A stretch of 64,000 nt of DNA, taken from positions 7,876 through 71,875 of the forward strand of contig CAVQSY010000023.1 of NCBI GenBank assembly GCA_963716025.1. The letters run 5' to 3'. How positions within the stretch are numbered: position 1 is the first letter of the stretch; every line of letters begins with the position of its first letter. Both the position numbers and the translations under genes were made by a program. Source of the DNA: an uncultured Chloroflexia bacterium. Its GTDB lineage: Bacteria > Chloroflexota > Limnocylindria > Limnocylindrales > CSP1-4. The notes below the pieces were generated by a model. It did no database searches and was not told where the DNA came from. It saw nothing but the letters and a program-made list of their open reading frames with translations. Positions 53,002-64,000 of the stretch are shown piece by piece.

Positions 53002-53787
53002 ATGAAGGCCACCCTCCTGTTCCCCGACAGGCAGATCGTGGAGCGGTTCTACGTCCCGCTCGTGTACACCGCGTGCCGCACCTGCTACTCGGAGCTGGAA
53101 CCGCAGGAGATCTTCCGGCGGGCGGTCGAGGGCGAGGTCGCCCCGGCCTCGATGCAGCGCCTGATCTCGAACGTCATCGAGTCGGGGCACGGCTCCACCA
53201 TCGAGCACATCGTGTTCACGTTCGGCCTGTCGGGCGTGTCCCGCACGCTGTCGCACCAGCTTGTCCGCCATCGTGCGGGCGTCGCCTTCGACCAGCAGAG
53301 CCAGCGGTACGTCAAGTACAAGGGTGCGGCCACGATGCTCCCGGCAACCATCGCCGAGGGAGACCCCGGGCTCCGTTCCCGGTACGAGGAACAGGTGGAC
53401 GGGGCGCTCGGCCTGTACGCGGAGATGGTCGATGCCGGGGTGCCCGGCGAGGACGCCCGGTTCGTGTTCCCCAACGCGACCCGCACGAACCTGGTCATGA
53501 CGACCAACCTCCGGGCGCTGATCCACATGTCCGGTCTGCGCCTGTGCACGATGGCCCAGTGGGAGATCCGGCGGCTGTTCCAGCTCATGCGGCACGAGAT
53601 CTTCGGCGTGTCTCCCTTCCTGGGGTCGTTCCTCGCGCCCAAGTGCGTTCCGCTGGGCTATTGCGACGAGTTCAACAACCGGGACGAGCACTGCCCCATC
53701 CGGCCCCACAAGGACAACGTCCTCGCCGCGTGGGCGCAGAAGCGCGATGCCGCGCGTGCCGCGGGCCGGGAGCTGCCCGTCACGTGA
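53002..53787 (+). CDS. thyX: FAD-dependent thymidylate synthase ThyX
   Basis: It has GHGSTIEH and the ThyX signature (LVRHRAGVAFDQQSQRY). Confidence 0.9.
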   Translation: MKATLLFPDRQIVERFYVPLVYTACRTCYSELEPQEIFRRAVEGEVAPASMQRLISNVIESGHGSTIEHIVFTFGLSGVSRTLSHQLVRHRAGVAFDQQSQRYVKYKGAATMLPATIAEGDPGLRSRYEEQVDGALGLYAEMVDAGVPGEDARFVFPNATRTNLVMTTNLRALIHMSGLRLCTMAQWEIRRLFQLMRHEIFGVSPFLGSFLAPKCVPLGYCDEFNNRDEHCPIRPHKDNVLAAWAQKRDAARAAGRELPVT

Positions 53788-53806
53788 CGGCGCCGGGGAC
53801 CGCCCG

Positions 53807-54484
53807 ATGACGATCCGCCTCGAGTTCAACCGCATCGCGCCCGGAGTGGAGATCGGCCCCCACCGCCACGGCGTGGAGAGCATCGTGTATCTCGCCGGCG
53901 GCGAGCTCGTGTTCGAGCACGGTGATGGGATGTCGCGCCGGGCGGTCGTTGGCGCGGGTGACGTGCTGTACGAGGCACCCACGGAGCTGCACCGGGTCCG
54001 CAACGAGGGCACGCTCGACGCCCTGGCGCTGATGGCCGCGGTCGAGGTCGACCCCACCCGGCCCCGGCCGTCGTTGCCCCGCTGGCACGATGGAGCCGAG
54101 CCGGTCCGCCGGCGGTCAGAGGCACGGGTCGTCGGCGGCGAGGGGATCCGCCGTACGCTCCTCGTCGAGCCCGGCGACTTCGGCTCCGTGACGTTCACGG
54201 TGACCGAGGTGGAGATCGCGCCCGGCCACGAGGATGCCTGGCACCGGCACCCGGGCTCGGAGCACGCGATCGTGGTGTTCGAAGGTCGCGGGTCGATCCA
54301 GGTGGGCAGCGTGGAGGAGGTCCTTGAGCCACTCAAGGGCATCCGGATCCTGCCCGGACGCCGGCACCGCGTCCGCAACGACGGCCGTCACCGGCTGCGC
54401 TACTACGTCTGCGCGTCGCCCGGGACGGACCCGACGATCGACCGGGCGCCGGCCGAGGCCCCGAGGCGAACGCTGGACGCCTGA
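53807..54484 (+). CDS. Bicupin protein
   Basis: There are two cupin modules (GPHRHGVESIVYLAGGEL...ELHRVRNEG and WHRHPGSEHAIVVFEGRG...RRHRVRNDG). Confidence 0.75.
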   Translation: MTIRLEFNRIAPGVEIGPHRHGVESIVYLAGGELVFEHGDGMSRRAVVGAGDVLYEAPTELHRVRNEGTLDALALMAAVEVDPTRPRPSLPRWHDGAEPVRRRSEARVVGGEGIRRTLLVEPGDFGSVTFTVTEVEIAPGHEDAWHRHPGSEHAIVVFEGRGSIQVGSVEEVLEPLKGIRILPGRRHRVRNDGRHRLRYYVCASPGTDPTIDRAPAEAPRRTLDA

Positions 54485-54560
54485 CCCCGGCACCTTGCAT
54501 GCCGGGGCCAGACGGGCGCCCGGAGCGGACGCCTCCCTCTCGCGCCGGCCGCTGTACCGG

Positions 54561-55445
54561 TCAGCCGGGCTGGCTCAGGCCCGACGCCGGCTCCAGCTCC
54601 GCGATGAACCGCCGGAGGACCCGGGCAAGGTTCGGACCCGCGGCTGCGCCCGCCTCGAGCACCTCCGTGTGGCTGAGCGGCTGGCCGGAGTAGCCCGCGC
54701 CCGCGTTGGTCACGAGCGAGACACCAGCCACCTCCAGCCCGACCCAGCGGGCGGCGATCGCCTCGAGGACCGTTGACATCCCGACGGCATCCGCGCCCAA
54801 GCCCCGGAGCATGCGAACCTCAGCGGGCGTCTCGTAGCTGGGTCCCACCAGGCCGGCGTAGACGCCTGCCTCGAGGGCGACCCCCTCTGCTTCGGCGGCC
54901 GCGCGCAGGCGAACCCGCAGCGCCGGTGTCCAGACATCGGTCATGTCGGCAAAGCGCGGCCCGAGCTCGTCCGCGTTCTGGCCGAACAGCGGGGTGCGCC
55001 CGGTCAGGTTGAGATGGTCCGTGATGACCATCAGCGTCCCAGGGCCATAGGCGGGGTTCACGCCGCCCGCGGCGTTGGTCAGGATGACGAGGCGGGCGCC
55101 GAGCTGCCGGAACAGCAGGACCGGCTGGACGACGAGACCCGGGTCGTTGCCCTCGTAGAGGTGGAAGCGGCCCTGGAGGGCGGCGACCGGGACCCCGGCG
55201 AGGCGGCCGACCAAGAGCCGGCCGGCGTGGCCCGGGGCGGTCGCGACCGGCCAGCCCGGAAGGTCCTCGAACGGGATCGAGACGGCGTCGTCAACGTCGT
55301 CGGCGAGGCTGCCCAGCCCCGAACCGAGCACGATGCCGGCGGCGGGCACGATATCGGTGCGCGCGCGGACGGAGGCCACGAGGGCCGCCAGCCTCGCGGG
55401 CTGATCAGCGGGGGGGATGGGCCGAGAGCGATTGACGTCAGTCAT
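54561..55445 (-). CDS. punA: Purine nucleoside phosphorylase (PunA-type, trimeric family)
   Basis: GIVLGSGLG, GRFHLYEG, ILTNAAGG, GPSYETPAE and GADAVGMST are present. The start is at the internal ATG (MTDVNRS). Confidence 0.9.
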   Translation of the reverse strand: MTDVNRSRPIPPADQPARLAALVASVRARTDIVPAAGIVLGSGLGSLADDVDDAVSIPFEDLPGWPVATAPGHAGRLLVGRLAGVPVAALQGRFHLYEGNDPGLVVQPVLLFRQLGARLVILTNAAGGVNPAYGPGTLMVITDHLNLTGRTPLFGQNADELGPRFADMTDVWTPALRVRLRAAAEAEGVALEAGVYAGLVGPSYETPAEVRMLRGLGADAVGMSTVLEAIAARWVGLEVAGVSLVTNAGAGYSGQPLSHTEVLEAGAAAGPNLARVLRRFIAELEPASGLSQPG

Positions 55446-55951
55446 CCACAGAGGATAGGGCGCCGGTCCGGGTTCGGACACGCAGGCAGGCGGCGGGGCG
55501 GGCTGCAGGGCGCGTTAAACTTCGACGCCCGGCAGGAGTACCGACACCGGGATGCCGGTCGCGTCCTTCCGGGCGCCCATCGCAGATGGACCCTCGCGGG
55601 CCGTTCCACGGTGGTGGACGAAGCGTCCGAGGAAACCGGAGAGCGCACCGGCCCTTGATGTGATCGCGGGTCGGGCGTCGGCCTGGCCTTGAGGTGATCT
55701 CCGGCCTGACCGGGTGCAGCGTCCTTGAGGTGATCTCCTCCGCTGCGGGCCTCCGTCGGCCCCCTCGGACAACGTCTACGCTATCGGGGCGCAGGCGATC
55801 CTCCAACGGGGTTGTCCACCAAGTCCGCGGTCGATCGGGCGGCGCCATCCACCAGATTCCCACCGGTGTTGACACGCTGTGGATGACGCCCGCGGGCGCA
55901 TCGCTACCCGGAGCCGCCGGGCGGCGGTGGGACGACCGGTCGAGGGCGGGC

Positions 55952-57034
55952 TCAACCCCCCAGCGCGAACATCTCCACCCTCGGCAGCTGCTCGGTCGCC
56001 TCGCTCCGCAGCTCGGAGTACCGATCGGCCCGCACCGCCCATACCGCCCGGATGCGGTCCGCCAGCTCCCGGTCGCTGTCCCCGTCCCGCAACGGCTCCT
56101 TGAGGTCCGTCCCCCCAGCCGCGAACAGGCACGTGTACAGCACGCCCTCGGCCGAGAGACGCGCCCGTGTGCAGTCGCCACAGAAGGGCCGCGTCACCGA
56201 GGCGATCACGCCGACCTCGCCGCCACCATCGCGATACCGGTAGCGTCCGGCCACCTCGCCGCGGTAGTGCGCGGCGACGGGCTCGAGAGGCATCTCAGCG
56301 TCGACCAGACCGAGGATCTCGTCGGCCGGCACTACGTCGTCGAGCCGCCAGCCGTTGGTGGTCCCCACGTCCATGTATTCGATGAACCGAAGGATCAGCC
56401 CTTCCGTGCGCGCCCACCGTGCGAGCGGGAGGATCGACGCCTCGTTGAGGCCGCGCCGGACGACGGTGTTCACCTTGATCGGGGCGAGCCCGGCCGACCG
56501 CGCCGCGGCAATGCCATCGAGCACCCGGGAGACCGGGAAATCGACGCCGTTCATGCGCCCGAAGACCTCATCGTCCAGCGAGTCGAGCGAGATGGTGATG
56601 CGCGCGAGCCCGGCATCCCGGAGCGGACCGGCGAGGGACCGCAGGGCGGACCCATTCGTCGTCAGGGTCAGATCGACGCCATCGCCCTCGGGCGTGTGCA
56701 GCGCCGCGAGCTCGGAGATCAGGATGGGGAGGTCGCGACGGACGAGCGGCTCGCCACCCGTGATCCGCAGCTTGCCCACCCCGAGCCCGACGAAGATCCC
56801 GGCCAGCCTCGTGATCTCCTCGAACGTGAGCACCTGGTCGTGCGGCAGGAAGGCGAAGTCGCGCCCGAACAGCTCGGCCGGCATGCAGTACGAGCAGCGG
56901 AAGTTGCAGCGGTCGGTCACCGAGATCCGGAGGTCGCGCACCGCCCGACCAAACCGGTCCGGCAGTCCCGGGCGACCGTCGAAGCCCCCGGCGGCGATGA
57001 GTTCAGCGTCCTGGGAGGGGTCCATCGCCCACAT
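55952..57034 (-). CDS. moaA: GTP 3',8-cyclase MoaA (radical SAM)
   Basis: It has LRISVTDRCNFRCSYCMP (CxxxCxxC), ITGGEPL and a C-terminal cluster (CGDCTRARLSAEG), and ends in GG. The start is either the ATG at 57034 or the one at 57025. Confidence 0.9.
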   Translation of the reverse strand: MWAMDPSQDAELIAAGGFDGRPGLPDRFGRAVRDLRISVTDRCNFRCSYCMPAELFGRDFAFLPHDQVLTFEEITRLAGIFVGLGVGKLRITGGEPLVRRDLPILISELAALHTPEGDGVDLTLTTNGSALRSLAGPLRDAGLARITISLDSLDDEVFGRMNGVDFPVSRVLDGIAAARSAGLAPIKVNTVVRRGLNEASILPLARWARTEGLILRFIEYMDVGTTNGWRLDDVVPADEILGLVDAEMPLEPVAAHYRGEVAGRYRYRDGGGEVGVIASVTRPFCGDCTRARLSAEGVLYTCLFAAGGTDLKEPLRDGDSDRELADRIRAVWAVRADRYSELRSEATEQLPRVEMFALGG

Positions 57035-57198
57035 GGTAGGGGAAGCCGCGACGTGACCGAACGAACTGGTGGTGCGTGCCGGTACCACCGGGACACCCGA
57101 CTGGTACCTCTAGCGACTGCACCGCAGCCCACTACGCCGCCTATGGTGCACGCAGGCCCCGGCCCTGCCAGACGTTCACGAGGAAGAGTGCCCGACCT

Positions 57199-58908
57199 AT
57201 GGCGACCACCGACACGCGCTCCGGCTTCCGCCTCCCATGGAGCTCCGACCGATCACACGACGCCGATTCCGCCGGCAATGGTGCGGAAGCGGTCGCCGAG
57301 GCAGCTGAGCAGTCGATGGATTCCATCGCGCGGCCCGCATCCGGCGAGAACAACTGGCCGGAGCCGGCAGCCCAGCAGAACCCGGCAGGCCAGTCCGATG
57401 CCCCCTCCCAGCCCGACGTCCAGGAGCCCGAGATGATCGACATGGAACCCGCCCCGCTTCCGGCTCCGGTGGCACCGAGGAAGCCCACGAAGCTCATGAC
57501 CGAGCTCTCCGCGGCCATCCGGGCGACGGCAGAGACCGCGCGCGACCAGGCGTTGACGCAGGTCGACGCAGACGTTGCGGCGGTCGTGGAACAGATCCGG
57601 GCGGGCTCCAAGGAGGGTGAAGACCTCCTTCGGGTCCGGTCCGACGAGGACATCGCGCGGATCAAGGAATGGTCACGCGCCGAGATCGCGCGGATCAAGG
57701 AGGAGACGGAGAGCCGCACCAGCGCTCGCAAGCTCAACCTTGACGGCGAGCTGGCCGCGTACGCGGCAGCCATCGAGCAGCGCGTGGGCGAGGTCGAGGA
57801 TGCGGCGGCCGGATTCCGGGCTGACATCGAGTCCTACACGGAGCGCCTGTCCGGCGAGGACGATCCCGCACGCCTCGCGACGATGGCCGAATCCATGCCG
57901 GAGGTCCCGGTTCTCGATGCCCTGGCCGATCTGGGCGACCTGAAGCTCGACCTGTCGGCGATCACGGTTGCCGAGGCCGATGCACCGGAAGCCGCGCTCG
58001 AGACCCAGGAGCCGGAGACCGACGAGGCGGTGTCCGATCAGCCGGCCGTCGATGCCGACGCCGCTGGTGACGAAGTGGCGGCTTCCGCCGCCACCGATGA
58101 CACGGTCGCCGACGAGGCCGCCGGTGAGCCCGGCGGCGAGGCCGCCGTCGACGAGGCTTCGCCCACACCCTCACCGTGGCGTGAGGCCGATGGGGCATGG
58201 GGGTCGCGCGTCGCGGTCACAGCTGAGGCCGAGGTGGCCGCTGAGCCGGAGCCGCTCGATGATGACGGCTCGGGTGCGTATACCGTGCATGACGATGTCC
58301 CGAGCTGGGGCGCCGACGAGACGCCCGTGGGGGCATCGGCGGGCGCGACCGGCGACCCGGCCGATCGGGGTGAGATCATGGCCGCGCTCGAGGCAGCCGC
58401 CGAGGCTGTCGTGGCCGCCGAGTCCGCCGCCGAGTCCGCCGATCAGGCGGAGGCTGCGGCCGACCTCGCCGAGACCGCCGCAGGGATCCTCAAGGGACGC
58501 CCTGAGCACGACGAGAACGTGGATCCGGAGGCTGCGGCCGCCATGTCGGCGCGGGTCGATGCCGGCGGCTTCGAAGAGTCCTACACCGGCCGACTCGCCG
58601 CGCTGCTCCCGAGCCACGCCGAGGGGCTGGCCGATGGGGAGCCACGCAGCACGCAGGTGACCGTGTCCGGGCTCGTCTCCGTCGCCAGCATCGCGAGCTT
58701 CAAGCGCCACCTTGGCCGGCTGGCCGGCGTTCAGACCGTGGCGGTCGCGTCCGGACCCGACGGCGAGTTCGTGTTCAACGTCACCCACCGACCCGACGTC
58801 TCGTTCCGTGACGCCCTGCCCACCATGCCTGGCTTCGCGGCCCGTGTCACCAGCACCGAGGACGGCTCCGTCCACGTCACCGCACGCGATCCTGAAACCG
58901 AGGGCTAG
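57199..58908 (+). CDS. Highly acidic, Ala/Glu/Asp-rich protein with a coiled-coil segment and a small structured C-terminal domain
   Basis: This is a 569-aa intact frame. It has a coiled-coil-like segment (DIARIKEWSRAEIARIKEETESR) and a long low-complexity acidic middle. The last ~80 aa are non-repetitive (VTVSGLVSVASIASFKRHLGRLAGVQTVAVASGPDGEFVFNVTH). Confidence 0.6.
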   Translation: MATTDTRSGFRLPWSSDRSHDADSAGNGAEAVAEAAEQSMDSIARPASGENNWPEPAAQQNPAGQSDAPSQPDVQEPEMIDMEPAPLPAPVAPRKPTKLMTELSAAIRATAETARDQALTQVDADVAAVVEQIRAGSKEGEDLLRVRSDEDIARIKEWSRAEIARIKEETESRTSARKLNLDGELAAYAAAIEQRVGEVEDAAAGFRADIESYTERLSGEDDPARLATMAESMPEVPVLDALADLGDLKLDLSAITVAEADAPEAALETQEPETDEAVSDQPAVDADAAGDEVAASAATDDTVADEAAGEPGGEAAVDEASPTPSPWREADGAWGSRVAVTAEAEVAAEPEPLDDDGSGAYTVHDDVPSWGADETPVGASAGATGDPADRGEIMAALEAAAEAVVAAESAAESADQAEAAADLAETAAGILKGRPEHDENVDPEAAAAMSARVDAGGFEESYTGRLAALLPSHAEGLADGEPRSTQVTVSGLVSVASIASFKRHLGRLAGVQTVAVASGPDGEFVFNVTHRPDVSFRDALPTMPGFAARVTSTEDGSVHVTARDPETEG

Positions 58909-58913
58909 CCGAC

Positions 58914-60143
58914 ATGTCGCAGTCCCCGGCCCGGCCGGCGATCGCGCTCCTGCTGCCGGCGACGGAGCGCGATCCCGTCGCCGCAGAGCTCCACGCGGGC
59001 GGGTACGACCCGGTCCTGCTCGACCACGTTCGCGACCTGGGCGCACTGCTCGCGGCGCGCAAGGACATCGCGGTCGGCATCATCGACGCCGAAGTCGAAC
59101 CCGACCTGGCAAGTCAGGCCTGGTCGCTGCTGCACGCCTCCCGCCACCCGATCCCGGCGCTCATGATCGTCAACCCGGCGACCATGGACGCGCTGGATCT
59201 CGCCGCACCCGGCCACGAGGATGACGAGTACCTCACCCGTCCCTACTCGGCGGAGGCCATCCGCTGGCGCGTCGAGGCGATGTGCATCCGATCGGCGGCC
59301 GTCGATGACGGGTCCGGTCCGGTGCTCCAGGGTCACCTGGGACCGGGCGACTGGGGCCGGCGCGGCCAGCTGGTTGCCGTGTTCAACCCAAAGGGCGGCG
59401 TGGGCAAGACGACCATCGCCACCAACCTCGCGGCGATGCTGGCGAACCGGGACCTGGGCGTCCTGCTCATCGATGCGGACACCGTCACTGGCCACGTCAG
59501 CACCTCCCTGGGGATGGAGGGGGTGACCACGGTCGTCGATGCCTGGCGAGACGAGCTCGACGGCGCACCCGTGCTCCCGTTCTTCGACCTCGCGTCGGCG
59601 CACCCCTCGGGGCTGCGCGTCCTGCCGCTCACGTCGAGCCCCATCCACACCGAGATCCTCGATCCCGACCGCGTGGCCGAGGCGATCGCGGCCGCCAAAC
59701 GATCGGTCGAGTACGTCATCGTTGACCTGCACCCCTCGTACAGTCCGCTCAACCGCGCGGTCTTCGGCAAGGCGGATCGGATCCTGGTCCCGGTGACCCC
59801 GGACCTCCCGTCGATCCGGGCCGTCGTCAAGCTCCGCGAGGTTGCCGACGAGCTGGGGATGCGCGACCGCCTGCACCTCGTGGTCAACCGGGCCAATACG
59901 GGCGTGCCGACCACCGACATCGAGCAGGCGATCGGGGTGCCCGTGTACGCCCAGATCCGCTCGGCGGGCCCGGTGATGGTGAAGGCCGCGAACGAGGGGC
60001 GGACGCTCGTCGAGCTCGCTCCCGCACACGGGATCACCCGGGACTTCGAGATCCTTGCCGACCGGATCATCGGCCGGGCGAGCACCCAGCCCGCCAAGGC
60101 CGCGTTCAAGCTCTTCGGGAAGTCGCTGCCTGCCCGGGTCTGA
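58914..60143 (+). CDS. ParA/MinD-family ATPase with an N-terminal receiver-like domain (CpaE/TadZ/Ssd-like architecture)
   Basis: It has a deviant Walker A (NPKGGVGKTTIATNLA) and LLIDADTVTG. The N-terminal ~120 aa has a CheY-like beta-alpha pattern (IALLL, VGIIDAEV, ALMIV, EYLTRPY) but lacks the acidic pair, and has R instead of the conserved K. Confidence 0.8.
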   Translation: MSQSPARPAIALLLPATERDPVAAELHAGGYDPVLLDHVRDLGALLAARKDIAVGIIDAEVEPDLASQAWSLLHASRHPIPALMIVNPATMDALDLAAPGHEDDEYLTRPYSAEAIRWRVEAMCIRSAAVDDGSGPVLQGHLGPGDWGRRGQLVAVFNPKGGVGKTTIATNLAAMLANRDLGVLLIDADTVTGHVSTSLGMEGVTTVVDAWRDELDGAPVLPFFDLASAHPSGLRVLPLTSSPIHTEILDPDRVAEAIAAAKRSVEYVIVDLHPSYSPLNRAVFGKADRILVPVTPDLPSIRAVVKLREVADELGMRDRLHLVVNRANTGVPTTDIEQAIGVPVYAQIRSAGPVMVKAANEGRTLVELAPAHGITRDFEILADRIIGRASTQPAKAAFKLFGKSLPARV

Positions 60144-60199
60144 TCCTCAGCCCTGTGCCCCGGGAAGGTGACGCCTTCGAGACGCGGCCAGCGCCACCG

Positions 60200-60862
60200 C
60201 TAGCTGCGCTCCTGCCAGCTGGTTCCCCCCAGAGGTGAGCCCGGGAGCCGCTGGTGTGGCTCTCCGGTCCGCCTGTCGATCTGTTCCACGCCCCGCAGGT
60301 AGAACCGGTTGACGAGGATCACCTCGACGTCCGGATCCGTGACCTCAGCGTCACCCAGGCGCGCCGTGGCGTCCGAGATCGCCACGAACATCTCACTCGA
60401 GCGATCGAGCAGCCGCTCCGGTTCCGAACCGGGGTGCATGTACACGGTTCCGATCACCCGGAATGGCGGCACCTCGAGCGCCACGTCGTACGCCACCTTG
60501 TGGATCTTGAGGGCCGCGCGTTCGGTGTCGGTCAACGGAGGCAGCGAGTCCTCGCCCGCCGTGACCAGGATCAGGTCATACGGATCCACGCTGCGCAGGC
60601 CCGGTGCCGCCTCCAGCGTGGGTGCGTCCGGCGGCCCCCACGCCACGTCATGGATGGGGATCGCCTCGCGCCGGTTGAGCGCGTCGGACAGGCGGCCGGT
60701 GATGTCCATCCGGCCATGCAGCCGCCAGTCCTCGGTCAGGCCCGTGAACGGCACGCCCCGGACCGGCCCGCTGTGGAGGCGCGAGGAATCGATGGCGGAG
60801 GGCGTTCCCCCGCTGGGGGGGCTCTCATCGCCCTTGCGTCGCTTCAGGAAGCCGAACGGCAC
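60200..60862 (-). CDS. Hypothetical protein
   Basis: This is an intact 220-aa ORF with normal composition for this genome. No motif was recognised. Confidence 0.5.
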   Translation of the reverse strand: MPFGFLKRRKGDESPPSGGTPSAIDSSRLHSGPVRGVPFTGLTEDWRLHGRMDITGRLSDALNRREAIPIHDVAWGPPDAPTLEAAPGLRSVDPYDLILVTAGEDSLPPLTDTERAALKIHKVAYDVALEVPPFRVIGTVYMHPGSEPERLLDRSSEMFVAISDATARLGDAEVTDPDVEVILVNRFYLRGVEQIDRRTGEPHQRLPGSPLGGTSWQERS

Positions 60863-60866
60863 CCGC

Positions 60867-62837
<1,971 letters not shown>

Positions 62838-62904
62838 GGGTCCCTCCCTACGCACGCATGGGTCCGGCCATTCTACGCGGGCGAGAGACCAGCGCCTCGG
62901 CGCT

Positions 62905-63820
62905 TCACTCTGCGCCCTCGGCGGATCCGTCGGCCACCGGCTCCGAACCCACCGACCGGGTGATCATCACGCGGTGCGGGAAGGGGATCTCGATCGACTC
63001 GTTCGCGAAGGCCGTGAGGACGCGTCGCCGGAACTCCCCGGCGGCGGCCCACTGGTCGGCCGCGCGCACCGTGCCCAGCACCTTGATCTTCACGCCCGAC
63101 TCTCCCAGCGTCTGCACCCGGAGCACGGCAGGCGCCTCCAGCAGGCGGCGGCGCCATTCCGCATCCTCGAACATGGCCTGGCCGACGGCGTTCACGGTCT
63201 TGACGACGTGATCGATGTCGCTGCCGTAGGCGACCTCGACCTCCTCGTTGATGCGGGCCCAGACGCGCGTCCGGTTCGAGGCCACCCGGATCTCGCCGTT
63301 GGGAACCGTGTGGACGGTGCCGCTCAGGTCCCGGAGGGTGGTCCGGCGGAGGCTGAAGTCCTCGACCTCGCCGGACACCCCGGCAAGAGAGACCACGTCT
63401 CCCACGCTGAACTGGTTCTCAAGCAGGATCAGGGCCCCGTTGAAGTAGTCGCGCACGAGGCTCTGGGCACCGAACCCGACCGCGATGCCCACTACGCCGA
63501 GGCCGGCGATCGCAGGTCCGACGTTGAGGTTGAGCTGGTCCAGGATCATGACCAGCGCGATCAGCAGGATGAACCCCCGGATGACGGTGCCCGCCATGTC
63601 ATCGATCGTGTCCATCCGCTTCTTGATCTCGACCGCTGAGAGCTCCTGGGCCGTTCCCTCGGCGAGATTCATGGTCGAGCAGGGCCTTTACGACCCCGTG
63701 GACGGCGACGCTCGAGAGCCGGATGATGACCAGCGCGAGCACGATGATCGTGACGATCGGCAGGATCGGATCCTCGAGCAGGGCGAGCAGCCGCTCCTCG
63801 ATGTTGGCCGGGATCTTCAT
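62905..63820 (-). CDS. mscS: Small-conductance mechanosensitive channel (MscS family), one frame change near 63660
   Basis: The N-terminal TM is in the 63599 ORF. The pore helix and beta domain are in the 62905 ORF ([38 protein letters not shown]). Confidence 0.85.
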
Positions 63821-63864
63821 GGCCCTAGCCTAGCGCGCTGCAGGCACCGGCGACGACGACGGGG

Positions 63865-64000
63865 TCAGGCCGCCGTCCCGCCGATCCGGACGGACACCGC
63901 CGCGGCCGATTCCCGGACCTGCTGCACCAGCTCCTGCATGCGGGGCGGGGTGATCCGGAAGGCCGGGCCCCATACGTCCACCGCCGCGGAGACCTGGCCG
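63865..64000 (-). CDS. 3' end of an IclR-like transcriptional regulator gene (partial, runs off the window)
   Basis: The minus-strand translation ...GQVSAAVDVWGPAFRITPPRMQELVQQVRESAAAVSVRIGGTAA* resembles the effector-domain C-terminus of IclR regulators. Only 45 codons are visible. Confidence 0.4.
   Translation of the reverse strand, partial: GQVSAAVDVWGPAFRITPPRMQELVQQVRESAAAVSVRIGGTAA

Noticed and set aside
55653-55735. GAGGTGATC-containing repeats resembling the complement of the 16S rRNA 3' end (GGATCACCTCC), considered as an rRNA fragment.
   Set aside because: Only about 9 nt match and there is no flanking rRNA-like sequence. They are treated as short direct repeats in a non-coding spacer.
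55515-55772. An 85-aa minus-strand ORF downstream of moaA, considered as a possible MoaD/ThiS-like carrier.
   Set aside because: There is no C-terminal Gly-Gly, the composition is Arg/Gly/Pro-rich, its repeats derive from the DNA direct repeats, and no beta-grasp-like pattern appears in any frame.

Overview
The window is a composite of two very different DNAs. Positions 1 to ~8.69 kb are mid-GC and carry a planctomycete-style MoxR/DUF58/DUF4381/BatA-BatD operon, an HdeD-like gene, a Uma2 endonuclease gene and several long palindromic or tandem-repeat elements. From ~8.70 kb to 64 kb the DNA is very GC-rich (third codon positions almost all G/C) and looks actinobacterial. It starts inside a 5'-truncated pyruvate:ferredoxin oxidoreductase gene and continues through about 45 mostly housekeeping or transport genes: three ABC-2 exporters, a Dpp/Opp-type peptide importer, DEAD-box helicase, GreA-like factor, SpoIID, Tag, ThyX, PNP, MoaA, Acs and MscS. 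Conserved genes in the first 13.2 kb are broken by dozens of frame changes, whereas the remaining 51 kb has only about five. Together with the abrupt junction, this points to a chimeric or low-quality assembly rather than ordinary biology. No tRNA, rRNA, CRISPR array, integrase or transposase was recognised by eye. The most system-like candidate is a cyclic-nucleotide signalling island (45.8-51.2 kb) made of a cyclase-STAND-TPR protein, two stand-alone cNMP-binding proteins and a coupled flavoprotein. Other points of interest are a pseudo-receiver ParA/MinD ATPase paired with an acidic coiled-coil protein, a GreA with a long N-terminal extension, a SatD/DUF3307 pair, a 10 x 19-bp minisatellite, an in-frame 81-bp palindrome inside the batD signal peptide, and a duplicated 3' gene end flanking a lipoprotein gene. 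All calls come from reading the sequence and ORF translations. No database search was run.
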